From an uncultured Chloroflexia bacterium (lineage in GTDB: Bacteria > Chloroflexota > Dehalococcoidia > DSTF01 > WHTK01): a stretch of DNA of 64,000 bases. This document shows, in pieces, positions 40,679 through 51,877 of this stretch; the first letter of the stretch is position 1, and each line of letters opens with the position of its first letter. A program made the translations under genes and the position numbers. The notes below the pieces were generated by a model, which saw only the letters and a list, made by a program, of their open reading frames with translations, was not told the origin of the DNA and did no database searches. The DNA is taken from positions 77,691 to 141,690 of the forward strand of contig CAVSWS010000041.1 of the NCBI GenBank assembly GCA_963731765.1, given 5' to 3'.

Positions 40679-41515
40679 GTGGCGACGTCGCCATTGGGGA
40701 TCTGCCGCTGGAGGACGAGGGGTTCTGGCTCGCCGTCTTTGAGCGCGCTGCCCACCCGGGACGCATGCAGCCGCAAGGCCCGCATGGCCACCGCCAGCGA
40801 GCTGCTCCTGCATCGCTCCCTCAAGGGCAAGGCGGCGTCCGCGCGCCGTCAGGCTGCTGCGAGCGCCCTGACCAGCACCGACCGCAACGCCCGTCGCGAA
40901 GCCATTCGCATCATGCACGAGATCGAGGCGGACGCGGCGATGCTCGATGCGGCTGCTAAGGCCGTCAACGACGACGACGGCGAGGTGCGCATGGAGGCTG
41001 TCCGCCTCCTCGCCAAGTACCCCTCGGCGCGCTCTGTGCCGGCCCTGCTCGAATTGCTGAGAAACGCCTTCGACGCCCGCGAGACGATCGCTTCGGAGGC
41101 GCTGGCCACCATCGGTGCGCCCGCCGTTTCCGGGCTGACCGAGATGCTCGACAACCAGGACCAGCGCATACGTTGGCGGGCGGCCCGTTGCCTGACGAAG
41201 ATCGCCGAGAACGGCGAAGCGAAATCGCTGAAGGCGCTCCTCAAGGCCCTCCACGACGACTCTCCTGACGTCGCATGGGTGGCCGCCGATGGGCTCCTCG
41301 CCCTTGGGCCCGCCGTCCAGCTTGACGTTTTGCGCTCCGTGTTGAACGAGCGACTGACGCCCGGCATCAGCCGCGCTCTACAGCACTACGCCGACCACTC
41401 GTCGCCGCGGCGCACCTTCCAGCCCCTGATCCAGGCGACCCGCGGCTCCGCCACCGGCACAGCCACGCTTGTCGCGATCGAGCAGGTGCTCAAGACGCTG
41501 GAAGGCGCCGGGTAG
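40679..41515 (+). CDS. HEAT/PBS-lyase repeat protein (N-terminus possibly encoded in another frame from 40627; candidate frameshift)
   Basis: HEAT-like repeats 'DDDGEVRMEAVRLLAKYPSARSVPALLELL', 'DQRIRWRAARCLTKIAENG', 'DSPDVAWVAADGLLALGP'. A plausible N-terminus 'MTNQTDNDFSTLLTQLARGDVAIGDLPLEDEGFWLAVFERAAHPG' with a GAGAGG SD lies in frame +1 (ORF 40492..40959) and degenerates into low-complexity sequence after about 40762. Confidence 0.5.
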   Translation: MATSPLGICRWRTRGSGSPSLSALPTRDACSRKARMATASELLLHRSLKGKAASARRQAAASALTSTDRNARREAIRIMHEIEADAAMLDAAAKAVNDDDGEVRMEAVRLLAKYPSARSVPALLELLRNAFDARETIASEALATIGAPAVSGLTEMLDNQDQRIRWRAARCLTKIAENGEAKSLKALLKALHDDSPDVAWVAADGLLALGPAVQLDVLRSVLNERLTPGISRALQHYADHSSPRRTFQPLIQATRGSATGTATLVAIEQVLKTLEGAG

Positions 41516-41521
41516 CCAGTT

Positions 41522-41544
41522 CTCGCTCCCTCCGAGGGAGCGAG
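41522..41544. terminator. Hairpin CTCGCTCCC-tccga-GGGAGCGAG between convergent HEAT-repeat gene and atpG
   Basis: 9-bp perfect stem read from the sequence. Positioned between two convergent stops, so a candidate bidirectional terminator. Confidence 0.5.
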
Positions 41545-41603
41545 ACGTCCGAGCATCGCCTCAAGCCAGAGGAAAGGCGGTCCTGCCGAAGTGCCCGGGC
41601 GGC

Positions 41604-42482
41604 CTAATCGCTTCCTGCGTCTGACATCGCGTGAAAGCCGCTGATGATCTCCAGCAGCGCGTTCGTCTCCGAGATCTGGCGTGCGCGGTTGGCGTCCAGC
41701 GTTAGCTCTTCCAGCAGATGGCGCGCGTTGTCTGTCGCCAGGCGCATAGCAGCAACACGCGCCAGCTCCTCGCTGATCGCCGACTCCACCACGGCCTGAT
41801 AGAGGTCGATCAGCACGTGCTCGACCACGAGATGCTGCAGGACGTTCGGCGCGTCGGCCTCAGGCCGCACGTCCAGGTCGCGCCGCACCTCGCCCTCGGG
41901 CGTCTCGATGGGCTCGACGGGGTAGAGCTGGCGCGTAACCACCTCGTACTGAAATCGATGCGCAGGGGCGTTGTACATGACGACGAGCTTGCCGCAGGCC
42001 CGCTCCTCCATCAGGTCCAGCAAATCGATGGCCACCTGTTCTACGTCGGGATACGCCGGCAGGGCAAAGGTCGGCATCGGTGATTCGTACGCCAGCGTTT
42101 CGCCCGCCGCCCGGAGCAGGCGTTGGCCCTGGCGCCCCAGGCACACGAGGACCACCTCGTCCTCCGCCGCCTGCAGCCGTCGTAGCTCAGACCGCACTCG
42201 ATTGACCAGGTGCTGGTTGAAGGCACCGCACAGACCGCGCTCCGATGACACGGCGACCAGTACCATACCCCCGGTCGCATTCGCGCTGTTATCGGGGCGC
42301 TCTGCGGCTTGCAGCACGCCCAGCAACGTTTCGAGGCTCTCTGCGTAGCGCCGTAGTGGCTCCAGCCGCGTCCCAGCACGGCGGTAATCGATCTCCGCAA
42401 TCGACCGCATCGCTTCCAGCAGCGGCACAACCTGCTGGATGGCGTGCTGGTGCCCTCTGATCGCATCGTAGTCGGCTGTCAT
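41604..42482 (-). CDS. atpG: ATP synthase F1 gamma subunit
   Basis: Start at 'MTADYDAIRGHQHAIQQV', aa 71 of the over-extended track ORF. This start overlaps the atpA stop by 4 bp. C-terminal 'ISEELARVAAMRLATDNA...ITLDANRARQ...ISGFHA'. Confidence 0.9.
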   Translation of the reverse strand: MTADYDAIRGHQHAIQQVVPLLEAMRSIAEIDYRRAGTRLEPLRRYAESLETLLGVLQAAERPDNSANATGGMVLVAVSSERGLCGAFNQHLVNRVRSELRRLQAAEDEVVLVCLGRQGQRLLRAAGETLAYESPMPTFALPAYPDVEQVAIDLLDLMEERACGKLVVMYNAPAHRFQYEVVTRQLYPVEPIETPEGEVRRDLDVRPEADAPNVLQHLVVEHVLIDLYQAVVESAISEELARVAAMRLATDNARHLLEELTLDANRARQISETNALLEIISGFHAMSDAGSD

Positions 42483-44011
42483 GCGCCGCTGCCCTCGTGC
42501 TCGCCCGCCGCGGCCTTCGCCGTGTCCACCCACTGCGACAGCTGGGCTTCGAGCTCGGGTGTGACCTTTTCGGCCGTACTTGCCAGCGCATCGACCTCGG
42601 GGTAGTTCACCGCCAGGGTGCGCAGCGCCGCCTCGAAGTGGGCCACGCCGTCCGGCTTCATGTCGTCCAGCCGCCCCGTCTTCAGCGCCCACATCTCGGC
42701 CACCTCGACGGCGAGGGGCACGGGCTGCCGTTCGTCCTGGCCCAGCACGGCGGTCAGGCGTTCACCCCGCGCCAGCTGGCGTTGAGTCGCCTCGTCCAGG
42801 AGCGTTCCGAAGCGCGTAAACGTCTTCACCTCCTGGTACTGCGAAAGCTCCAGGCGCACGTTTGCCGCGGCGTCTCGCAGCGTCCCGGGCTGCGCGCTGC
42901 CACCCACGCGTGACACCGACAGCCCCACGTCGACGGCGGGCAGTTGCCCTTCGGCGAACAGCGTCGCGTCCAGGTAGATCTGACCGTCCGTCATCGAAAC
43001 CAGGTTCGTGGGTATGAAGCCGGAGAAGTTGCCTCGCTGCGTCTGGATGATCGGCAACGCCGTCACGGAGCCGCCGCCGAGCGACTGGTTCAGCTTGAAG
43101 GCCCGCTCCATCAGGCGGGCGTGGGCGAAGAAGATGTCGCCGGGGTAGGCCTCGCGAGTCGGCGGGCGTCGCAGCAGCAGCGAAATGCTGCGATATGCTT
43201 CCGCGTGCCGCGTCAGGTCGTCGTACACGATGAGCGCCGGCCTGCCGTGGTAGGCGAACCACTCGGCGATAGCGCAGCCCGCGTACGGCGCCAGGTAGCG
43301 CAGGGCCGCCGGCTCCGAGGCGTCGGCCACGACGACGACTGTGTGTGCGAACGACCCGAGGCGATGGAGCTCGTCGCTCACCTGGCGCACGGAAGACCGC
43401 CGGGCGCCGATGCTCACGTACACGCAGACGATGCCGGTGTCCTTCTGGTTGATGATCGCGTCGATGGCCAGGCTCGTCTTGCCGGTCTCGCGGTCGCCCA
43501 GGATGAGCTCGCGTTGGCCCCGGCCGATCGGCACCGCCGCGTCGATCACCTTGCAGCCCGTGAGGAGAGGCTCGCGCACCGGCTCCCGGTCCAGCACGCC
43601 CGGCGCCTCTTGCTCCACCTCGCGCCACTCCGTCGCGCCCAGCGATGCGCCACCGTCGCGGGGCTCTCCCAGCGGGTCAATCAGCCGGCCCAGCACGGCA
43701 TCGCCTACGGGCACGCTCGCCAACCGGCCCGTCCGCAGTACCGGCGAACCGGCGCTGATCCCGGCGTCTGCCCCGTAGAGCACGCAGCCGACCACTTCGC
43801 GCTCCAGGTCCAGCACCTGCCCGTGCGTGCCGTTTTCGAACACGACGATCTCGTTGTTCGCCACGTCCGGCAGTCCGGACACGCGTGCCACGCCGTCGCC
43901 CACGCTGATCACGCGGCCGATGTCCTGTACCGAGGGCGAAATCTGCATCTCGCCGGCGCGTAACTCGAGCCGGTCCAGCATCTCCTCCAGGCGGCGCTCC
44001 ATGTTCGTCAT
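42479..44011 (-). CDS. atpA: ATP synthase F1 alpha subunit
   Basis: 510 aa. P-loop 'GDRETGKTSLAIDAI'. Full-length alpha homology. Confidence 0.95.
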   Translation of the reverse strand: MTNMERRLEEMLDRLELRAGEMQISPSVQDIGRVISVGDGVARVSGLPDVANNEIVVFENGTHGQVLDLEREVVGCVLYGADAGISAGSPVLRTGRLASVPVGDAVLGRLIDPLGEPRDGGASLGATEWREVEQEAPGVLDREPVREPLLTGCKVIDAAVPIGRGQRELILGDRETGKTSLAIDAIINQKDTGIVCVYVSIGARRSSVRQVSDELHRLGSFAHTVVVVADASEPAALRYLAPYAGCAIAEWFAYHGRPALIVYDDLTRHAEAYRSISLLLRRPPTREAYPGDIFFAHARLMERAFKLNQSLGGGSVTALPIIQTQRGNFSGFIPTNLVSMTDGQIYLDATLFAEGQLPAVDVGLSVSRVGGSAQPGTLRDAAANVRLELSQYQEVKTFTRFGTLLDEATQRQLARGERLTAVLGQDERQPVPLAVEVAEMWALKTGRLDDMKPDGVAHFEAALRTLAVNYPEVDALASTAEKVTPELEAQLSQWVDTAKAAAGEHEGSGA

Positions 44012-44769
44012 GCCGCACCGCCTTCCTGCTCGCTCAGCATCTCGAGCTGATGCAGCAGCGTCATATCGACAACGTGGGCACCGAGAAGGATGCGCGCGCC
44101 CGCCAGCAGCTCCGGTGCCTCACGTACCTCCACGACCACCTCATCGGGAGGCAGGTCCAGCGTCTTACCGATCAGGCCCCGCAGCGACTGCTCCTGCGCC
44201 GCTTCGAGGGGGTAGGCGGACTGCACCACGATTTTGTTCGCGTCTTTGTGCAAATCCTCGGCTGCTTCCTGGCGCGCTTCTTCCTGGAAACCCAGGCCTT
44301 CAGACAGCAGGCGCTCGATCAGGGCGTTGTGCACCGCTTCTCCGGACGACTGTCGCACCAGCGACCCCGCGATGTTCACGGCCGACCGGGAGAGCCGTTG
44401 GCCCACCCGCTCCATCGCCGCTTTCTCCTCGGTCGTTGCCGTCGCGCGCGCCGCATCCACGAGCGCGGCGGCGTCCTTCTTCGCGGCTTCGATTAGCCGC
44501 TCACGCTCCTTGCCCGCCTGGCTGCGCGCCGTTTCCAGCATCGTCGCCGCCTCACGCGCTGCTGCCTCCGATTGCTGCGCCAGCTTCACGCGCGCTTCAT
44601 CGGCTTCGCGGCCCCGGCGTTCAGCGTCCTCGATACGTTCGTCGATCTGAGCCTGACGCTTCTGCATCACGTCCAGTACGGGGCGGTAGAAGAAGCGAGT
44701 GAGGATCGCCAGCAGGATCAGGAAGTTGATGATCTGGAAGACGAACGTAGGAATGTCGAAGCCGAGCAT
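44008..44769 (-). CDS. atpF: ATP synthase b subunit fused to a delta (OSCP) C-terminal-like domain
   Basis: 253 aa. N-terminal TM 'FVFQIINFLILLAILTRFFY' plus long charged coiled coil (b). C-terminal 'DEVVVEVREAPELLAGARILLGAHVVDMTLLHQLEML' resembles the delta C-terminal motif. No separate atpH in the operon. Confidence 0.65.
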   Translation of the reverse strand: MLGFDIPTFVFQIINFLILLAILTRFFYRPVLDVMQKRQAQIDERIEDAERRGREADEARVKLAQQSEAAAREAATMLETARSQAGKERERLIEAAKKDAAALVDAARATATTEEKAAMERVGQRLSRSAVNIAGSLVRQSSGEAVHNALIERLLSEGLGFQEEARQEAAEDLHKDANKIVVQSAYPLEAAQEQSLRGLIGKTLDLPPDEVVVEVREAPELLAGARILLGAHVVDMTLLHQLEMLSEQEGGAA

Positions 44770-44778
44770 GCTTCGAGC

Positions 44779-45291
44779 TTACGGCAGCACTGTGCTCGTC
44801 AGCGGGTTCGCGAAGAGCAAGATGAGCGCAATGATCAGGGCGTACAACGCCAGGGATTCCAGCAGCGCCAGGCTGATGAAGAGCGTGGTTGAAATGGCGT
44901 CACGTGCGCCGGGCTGCTCCGCGATCGATTGCATCGCCGCCGCAGCAACGCGCCCCTGACCCACGGCCGCCAGCATCGTGCCCAGCGTGATCGTCAGGCC
45001 TGCCACGATGGCCGAGCCCGTGACGAACCAGAACTGCGCCTTGCCCGCCTCGGCGGCCCGTGCCGCATCACTCTCCAGCGGGTTCGCAAATAGCAACACC
45101 AGCGCCACGATCAGCACGTACAGCGCCAACGACTCCACCATTGCGAGCGATACGAAGAGGTTGCGGCTGATCGTCCCGGCCTCGTCCGGCTGGCGGGCGA
45201 TAGCCTGCACGGCGGAGCGAGCCGCCATCGCCTGGCCGACCGAGGGCAAGATCACCCCGGCGCCGATCGAGACGCCGGCCGTGGCGATCAC
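44779..45291 (-). CDS. atpE: ATP synthase c subunit, tandem-duplicated and fused (double hairpin, 4 TM), both ion-binding Glu retained
   Basis: One uninterrupted frame encodes two c hairpins: '...[70 protein letters not shown]' and '[77 protein letters not shown]'. The DNA shows diverged direct repeats, both beginning 'CAGCGGGTTCGC.A.A..AGCAA'. Proposed GTG start at aa 104 of track ORF 44779..45600, which is otherwise over-extended into atpB. A CTG/ATT start about 10 codons upstream is an alternative. Confidence 0.6.
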   Translation of the reverse strand: MIATAGVSIGAGVILPSVGQAMAARSAVQAIARQPDEAGTISRNLFVSLAMVESLALYVLIVALVLLFANPLESDAARAAEAGKAQFWFVTGSAIVAGLTITLGTMLAAVGQGRVAAAAMQSIAEQPGARDAISTTLFISLALLESLALYALIIALILLFANPLTSTVLP

Positions 45292-45317
45292 CGCGACATG
45301 GAACCAGCTTTCGGAAA

Positions 45318-45992
45318 TCAGGCTGCACCCCCTTCCGCTCGGACCGCACCGGCGATGTAGACAATGGTCAGGATTGTGAAGATGTAAGCCTGAAGCACGC
45401 CGATGAATAACCCGAACACTTCCAGCACGGCCGGCACCACGAGTGGGAGCACGACCAGCAGCACTGCCACAATTATCTGATGCGAGAGCATATTCCCGAA
45501 GAGCCGAATGGCCAGTGAAAACGTGCGCGTCAGATGACTGAGCAGATTCATGGGCAGCAGGAGCACCGAGGGCTCTGCAAAGCTTCTCATGTAACCCCAC
45601 ACCCCCTGCTCCCGGATACCGAAGTAGTGGACTGAGAAGAACACGAGAACGGCGAGCGCTGCCGGCGTGCTGATCGTCGCGGTAGGCGCTTCGACGTAGG
45701 GCAGCACCGCCATCAGGTTCGCAACGAGGATGAACAGCCCGATGGTCGCCACCAACGGCAGGTAACGTCGCCCGCTATCGCCCGTCATCTCTCCAATCAG
45801 GCTGGATACGCCGCCGATGCTCCACTCTGCTACGGCCTGCCAGCGCGAGGGCCGCGCCTGCAAATGCTGGCCGCCGTAAATCGCCAGCACCGAGATCACC
45901 GCCACCATTCCCCAGGTCGCCACCACCGTTGCGGTGACCTGGATACCGGCGAGGCGAAAGATCACGTCCTTTTCAAGCACTGTCGCGATCAT
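45318..45992 (-). CDS. atpB: ATP synthase F0 a subunit
   Basis: 224 aa. Conserved Arg context '[22 protein letters not shown]'. Five or six TM segments. Confidence 0.85.
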   Translation of the reverse strand: MIATVLEKDVIFRLAGIQVTATVVATWGMVAVISVLAIYGGQHLQARPSRWQAVAEWSIGGVSSLIGEMTGDSGRRYLPLVATIGLFILVANLMAVLPYVEAPTATISTPAALAVLVFFSVHYFGIREQGVWGYMRSFAEPSVLLLPMNLLSHLTRTFSLAIRLFGNMLSHQIIVAVLLVVLPLVVPAVLEVFGLFIGVLQAYIFTILTIVYIAGAVRAEGGAA

Positions 45993-46170
45993 CGCCGTCC
46001 TCCTCGTGCCGGATCGTCTTCAGCGCCATCGTCATCGTGCGCACGGCTTCCAGCAGCGCGAGCCCGATACCGCAGCCCAGCAATGCGATCGTCGCGTAGG
46101 GGTGCGTCCCCAGCACGCCGTCCGCCACTCGTCCAAGCAAGATCCCGCCGGCAATCGGCAGCACGATCAT
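45973..46170 (-). CDS. Small F0-associated membrane protein of the AtpZ/'ATPase gene 1' (AtpQ/AtpI-like) family
   Basis: Two TM segments with 'LGRVADGVLGTHPYATIALLGCGIGLALL' matching the LGxxxDxxxxTxP...G...G pattern of the 'ATPase_gene1' family. Met start at aa 59 of the track ORF, which otherwise overlaps atpC. Confidence 0.5.
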   Translation of the reverse strand: MIVLPIAGGILLGRVADGVLGTHPYATIALLGCGIGLALLEAVRTMTMALKTIRHEEDGDDRDSA

Positions 46171-46228
46171 CCAACCCAGCGAGGTGAGCTGGGCCACGTG
46201 CCGCCACAGCGGCGGACTACCCTGAGCG

Positions 46229-48101
<1,873 letters not shown>

Positions 48102-48284
48102 CTACGCTTGGCGGTGTCGGCGCATCCGCTGCCATTGCGACCTTGCTTGGGGGCCCGCTTGGCCCTTGCATTCGCCTATGCATGCGATTGAAATTCGTTC
48201 GGTTCGCGAGATAGGCCGCAAATTAACCCGGTCTAGATTCGTTTGCCGCTATGATTTCGTACATGTGGTACGCAGAACGGGGCC

Positions 48285-49643
48285 TTGAGTAGGCCCGTCG
48301 AGGCGCACACTGACGGGCCGCCACCTGACGACTTCAACACGTCGGCGTTCGCCTCGCTGAGCTATCGGGATTTCCGGCTGGTCTGGCTGAGCCAGAGTTG
48401 CAGCGCCTTCGCGATGTGGATGGAGAACATCGCACGGCCCCTTCTGGTCCTCGAAATCACCGGCAATAACGCCGCTCAGCTCGGCGCCGTCATCGCCGTC
48501 CGAACCATACCTACCCTGTTGCTCGGGCTCTGGGCCGGTGTCATCGCCGACTGGTTCGACCGCAAGACGATCCTTCTCGCGACCAAGGTTGCTTCGTTCA
48601 CGGTCAGTGCCCTCTTTGCCGTACTGCTGCTCAGCGGCGCCCTGCAACTCTGGCACATCTACCTCCTCGTCTTTTTCCGAGGCGGTATACAGGCCTTCGA
48701 TCAGCCGGTCAGAGGATCGATGGTGCCCAGTATGGTGCCGTCGCGCCTCGTCACCAGCGCGATGGCTCTGCTCAGCTCCACGCAGAACCTCATGCGCATC
48801 ATCGGTGCGGCGGGTGCCGGTGCGTCCGTCGCCTTCATCGGCCTCGATGGCACCTTCATCATCGTCGCGGTGCTCTACGCCGGTAGCGTCCTCGCCATCT
48901 CGCTGCTACGCGTGAAGACCCACGAGCGCCCGACGGAGCGCGGCGCCGGCGCCATGCTTGCCGGCATGATGGAAGGCCTCCACTTCTCGCGGCGCCGGCC
49001 CGAAGTACGAGGCGTGCTCATCGTGGCGCTGGTCCACTTCGCCTTCGGCATGGTCTACATGCAGGTGTTCGCGCCGCTCTTCGCGGTCGACGTTCTCGAT
49101 ATCGGGCGCAGCGGCCTCGGCTACATGCTGGCGTTCTCCGGCGCGGGCGCACTGCTCGCCGCCCTGTCGATCGCCCGCCAGCCACCCCGGCGCATCGGGC
49201 TCGTATTGCCATTGGGCGTTTCGGGCATGGGGCTGGGGCTGATGGTGTTCTCTGCTTCGACGTATTTGCCGGGCATCGCGGGCGTCATCTTCCCGTTCGC
49301 GTTTATCACGGCCGTGGGCGCCTGCCAGACGACCTTCATGTCGTTGAGCCGCGCTCTCCTCGTCCAGGCTGCGCCCGTGGAGCTGCGAGGCCGCGTGCTT
49401 TCGCTGATCTCCCTCGATCGCGCTGCCATGGCGCTCGGTGCCGCCGTAGCCGGCGTCGTTGCCGCTTCAACCGGTGTTCAGGTCGCGCAGCTCATCTTCG
49501 GCGGCATCTGCCTGTCTGGTGGCCTCACAGTCCTCGTCCTCACCCCCGGCCTGCGACGCTTCCAGCTCGGCACCAGCACCACGCTCGATGTGTCGCCCGA
49601 GGCTGCCGCGCGCGTCCCGGAGACCGCACCTGCCGGCCACTAG
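48285..49643 (+). CDS. MFS transporter
   Basis: 452 aa, about 12 TM segments. Typical MFS loop motif region 'GVIADWFDRKTILL'. Confidence 0.8.
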   Translation: MSRPVEAHTDGPPPDDFNTSAFASLSYRDFRLVWLSQSCSAFAMWMENIARPLLVLEITGNNAAQLGAVIAVRTIPTLLLGLWAGVIADWFDRKTILLATKVASFTVSALFAVLLLSGALQLWHIYLLVFFRGGIQAFDQPVRGSMVPSMVPSRLVTSAMALLSSTQNLMRIIGAAGAGASVAFIGLDGTFIIVAVLYAGSVLAISLLRVKTHERPTERGAGAMLAGMMEGLHFSRRRPEVRGVLIVALVHFAFGMVYMQVFAPLFAVDVLDIGRSGLGYMLAFSGAGALLAALSIARQPPRRIGLVLPLGVSGMGLGLMVFSASTYLPGIAGVIFPFAFITAVGACQTTFMSLSRALLVQAAPVELRGRVLSLISLDRAAMALGAAVAGVVAASTGVQVAQLIFGGICLSGGLTVLVLTPGLRRFQLGTSTTLDVSPEAAARVPETAPAGH

Positions 49644-49673
49644 CCCAAGCGACCATCTTCAGCGCCGGAATGC

Positions 49674-50252
49674 CTACCCACCGCTACTCCACAGGCAGCC
49701 ACGGCCGGCGTCCTTCGCCTGCTGCTCAAGGGCGACGAGCTGGTCCTTGTAGTAACCGTCCTGGGTCTGTGCCGTCGCGAAACCCTCAGCCACCAGCGTG
49801 GCGTCCAGCGACGTGCCGTCCTCCAGGAAGACGTAACGCAGCAGATAGATGCCGTCTTCCGGCCGGGCGTCCTTCAGCAGGTACAGGTCCTTGTTGAGCA
49901 GCATCGTGTTGCGGTCCACCGACTCTCGGAAGCAGCGGTCGCCGCGGGCGGGCGTGTTGATGCCGTAGTAGCGCACCAGCAGCGTGCGGCCGTCCGCCAT
50001 CTCCGCCGTAATCGTGTTGCCGTCGACGATCTGCGAGAGCTTCGCGTGCTCCAGCGAGTCCATCGTCACGCCCGGCGGCAGGTCGAGCTTCGTGAGGTGC
50101 TCCTCGATCGGTGGGCGCTTCGCCGCGTCCCCCACGAAGAGGTACGGCACGCCCGTGACGAAAAACACGATGCCGACCAGCAGCAGCACCACCGCCACGC
50201 CTGCCCACGCCCCGGAGCTGCCAAACCGCCGCCGTATCTGCTTACCGAGCAT
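49674..50252 (-). CDS. Membrane-anchored thermonuclease (staphylococcal nuclease/SNase-like)
   Basis: Start at 'MLGKQIRRR'. N-terminal TM 'WAGVAVVLLLVGIVFFV'. SNase core 'VDGNTITAEMADGRTLLVRYYGINTPARGD'. Confidence 0.7.
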   Translation of the reverse strand: MLGKQIRRRFGSSGAWAGVAVVLLLVGIVFFVTGVPYLFVGDAAKRPPIEEHLTKLDLPPGVTMDSLEHAKLSQIVDGNTITAEMADGRTLLVRYYGINTPARGDRCFRESVDRNTMLLNKDLYLLKDARPEDGIYLLRYVFLEDGTSLDATLVAEGFATAQTQDGYYKDQLVALEQQAKDAGRGCLWSSGG

Positions 50253-50435
50253 CCCCCGCCCCTCCCAATCCAGACTGCCCAGTCCGAAGTGCTGGCAACA
50301 GCAATGCGGCAACCGCAGCAAGACGTGAGCTACCGTATGCGGCGCCCTCTCTCCTGAGGAGAGGGCCAGGCTGCCGAAGTGCTCCCACGCATTCCATCCG
50401 GCTGCACCGTGAACTCTGTACGCTGGCCTCGCCCC

Positions 50436-50996
50436 TCACGCCAGCGACCTCGCCGTCCCCCGGATCAACGTCGCCCGAAACGGCTCAATCTCCGGTTTCG
50501 TGACGCTGTTGCCGGCCCCGAACGCAATCGCCGCGCCGCGATAGAGCTGCTTCTCGCCCACCGCCAGGCCAATCGCCGTCAGCGATGCGCCCGCCTCCTC
50601 CGACCAAGCCGAGAGCGCCTCGCGTACCTCGAAGTCGTACGCCTCGTCCGGGCCCATCAGGGCCGCGCACGCTGCGCCGCCGTCGAGGGCCTCGAAGTCA
50701 TCGTCGAGTCGCACGTCGGCGCCCGCGAAGCCGGTGATCAGGGGGGCAACGGTGCCCTGCAGGAACTGCGTATAGCGTGGATGCGTTCCGAACGGCTCCA
50801 GGGCCGTGAACTGGCGTAGCACGAACCAGAACGCCAGGTCGAAGTCGGAGCCGGACGCGCCCTCGATGACGCCGACGCTCTCGACGCCGTCGATCTCGCG
50901 TAGCTGCGAGGCCGCTACTTCTAGCTCGTTGCGTTGTTCCCTTGCCGTTTCCGGCGTCAGCTTGATGAAATCGAGGTGCAGTACCTGTTCGCTCAC
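50436..50996 (-). CDS. Dabb-family (stress-responsive dimeric alpha/beta-barrel) protein, tandem-domain
   Basis: 186 aa. First half 'FDLAFWFVLRQFTALEPFGTHPRYTQFL' resembles the Dabb fold. Second half weaker. Confidence 0.45.
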   Translation of the reverse strand: MSEQVLHLDFIKLTPETAREQRNELEVAASQLREIDGVESVGVIEGASGSDFDLAFWFVLRQFTALEPFGTHPRYTQFLQGTVAPLITGFAGADVRLDDDFEALDGGAACAALMGPDEAYDFEVREALSAWSEEAGASLTAIGLAVGEKQLYRGAAIAFGAGNSVTKPEIEPFRATLIRGTARSLA

Positions 50997-51877
50997 AGAG
51001 GCTCGCGTGGTGATGCGGGCGGATGATACGGCGTCTTGCGCTCCGTCTCAGGCCTGCGCCAGCTACGGGGCTTCGGCTCATCGTCCGCGGTTCTCGGCGA
51101 CCCCGTCGGGTCTGCCCGCGCGCCGGCGTTCCACGACTCCGGCGGCTTCCACGGTACCGCGACTGCCTCCTTACGATCACGCTCGAAGTACGTCGGGCCG
51201 GTCTGGAGCACGCCGTCTGCCAGCTCGATCACCCGCTGCGCCTTCTCCATCACGAGTCGATCGTGCGTCGTCGTAATGATCGTGACGCCCTCGCGCGCGA
51301 TCACCTCCTGCAGCAAGTCGAAGATCTGGTTTGCCGTCGTCGAGTCCAGCTCACCGGTCGGCTCGTCCGCCAGGATCAGCGATGGCCGATTCGCCAGCGC
51401 CCGTGCGATCGCTACGCGCTGCTGTTCGCCGCCCGATAGCTCGTAAGGCCGGTGGTGCGCCCGTCGCGTCAGGCCCACGGTCTCCAGCAGCTCGTTCGCC
51501 CGCCGTCCGCGCTCCCGGATCGATGCCCCCGCGATGCGCAGGGCGATCTCCACGTTCTCGTAAGCCGATAGCAGCGGCAGTAGCCCGAAGGACTGGAATA
51601 CGAAGCCCAGCTTGTGGCGTCGGAGCTCCGTCAGCTCCGCGTCGCTCATCGCGGCGACGTCCTGACCGCCGATGTGGACGTGGCCGCTGCTCGGCCGGTC
51701 GAGCCCGGACATGATGTTCAGCAGCGTCGTCTTGCCGGAGCCTGACCGTCCGATCACGGCAAGGAACTCGCCCTGGTTCACCTCGAACGTGACGTCCTGC
51801 AGGGCGTGGATCGTCTGGCCGCCTACCTCGAAGCTGCGGCTCACGTTCTCGACCCGGATCAGCGCCTCATTCGCCAT
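50993..51877 (-). CDS. ABC transporter ATP-binding protein (MacB/LolD-like)
   Basis: Start at 'MANEALIRVENVSRSF', aa 81 of the track ORF. Walker A 'GRSGSGKTTLLN', signature 'LSGGEQQRVAIARAL', Walker B 'ILADEPTGELD'. Pro/Arg-rich C-terminal tail. Confidence 0.85.
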   Translation of the reverse strand: MANEALIRVENVSRSFEVGGQTIHALQDVTFEVNQGEFLAVIGRSGSGKTTLLNIMSGLDRPSSGHVHIGGQDVAAMSDAELTELRRHKLGFVFQSFGLLPLLSAYENVEIALRIAGASIRERGRRANELLETVGLTRRAHHRPYELSGGEQQRVAIARALANRPSLILADEPTGELDSTTANQIFDLLQEVIAREGVTIITTTHDRLVMEKAQRVIELADGVLQTGPTYFERDRKEAVAVPWKPPESWNAGARADPTGSPRTADDEPKPRSWRRPETERKTPYHPPASPREPL

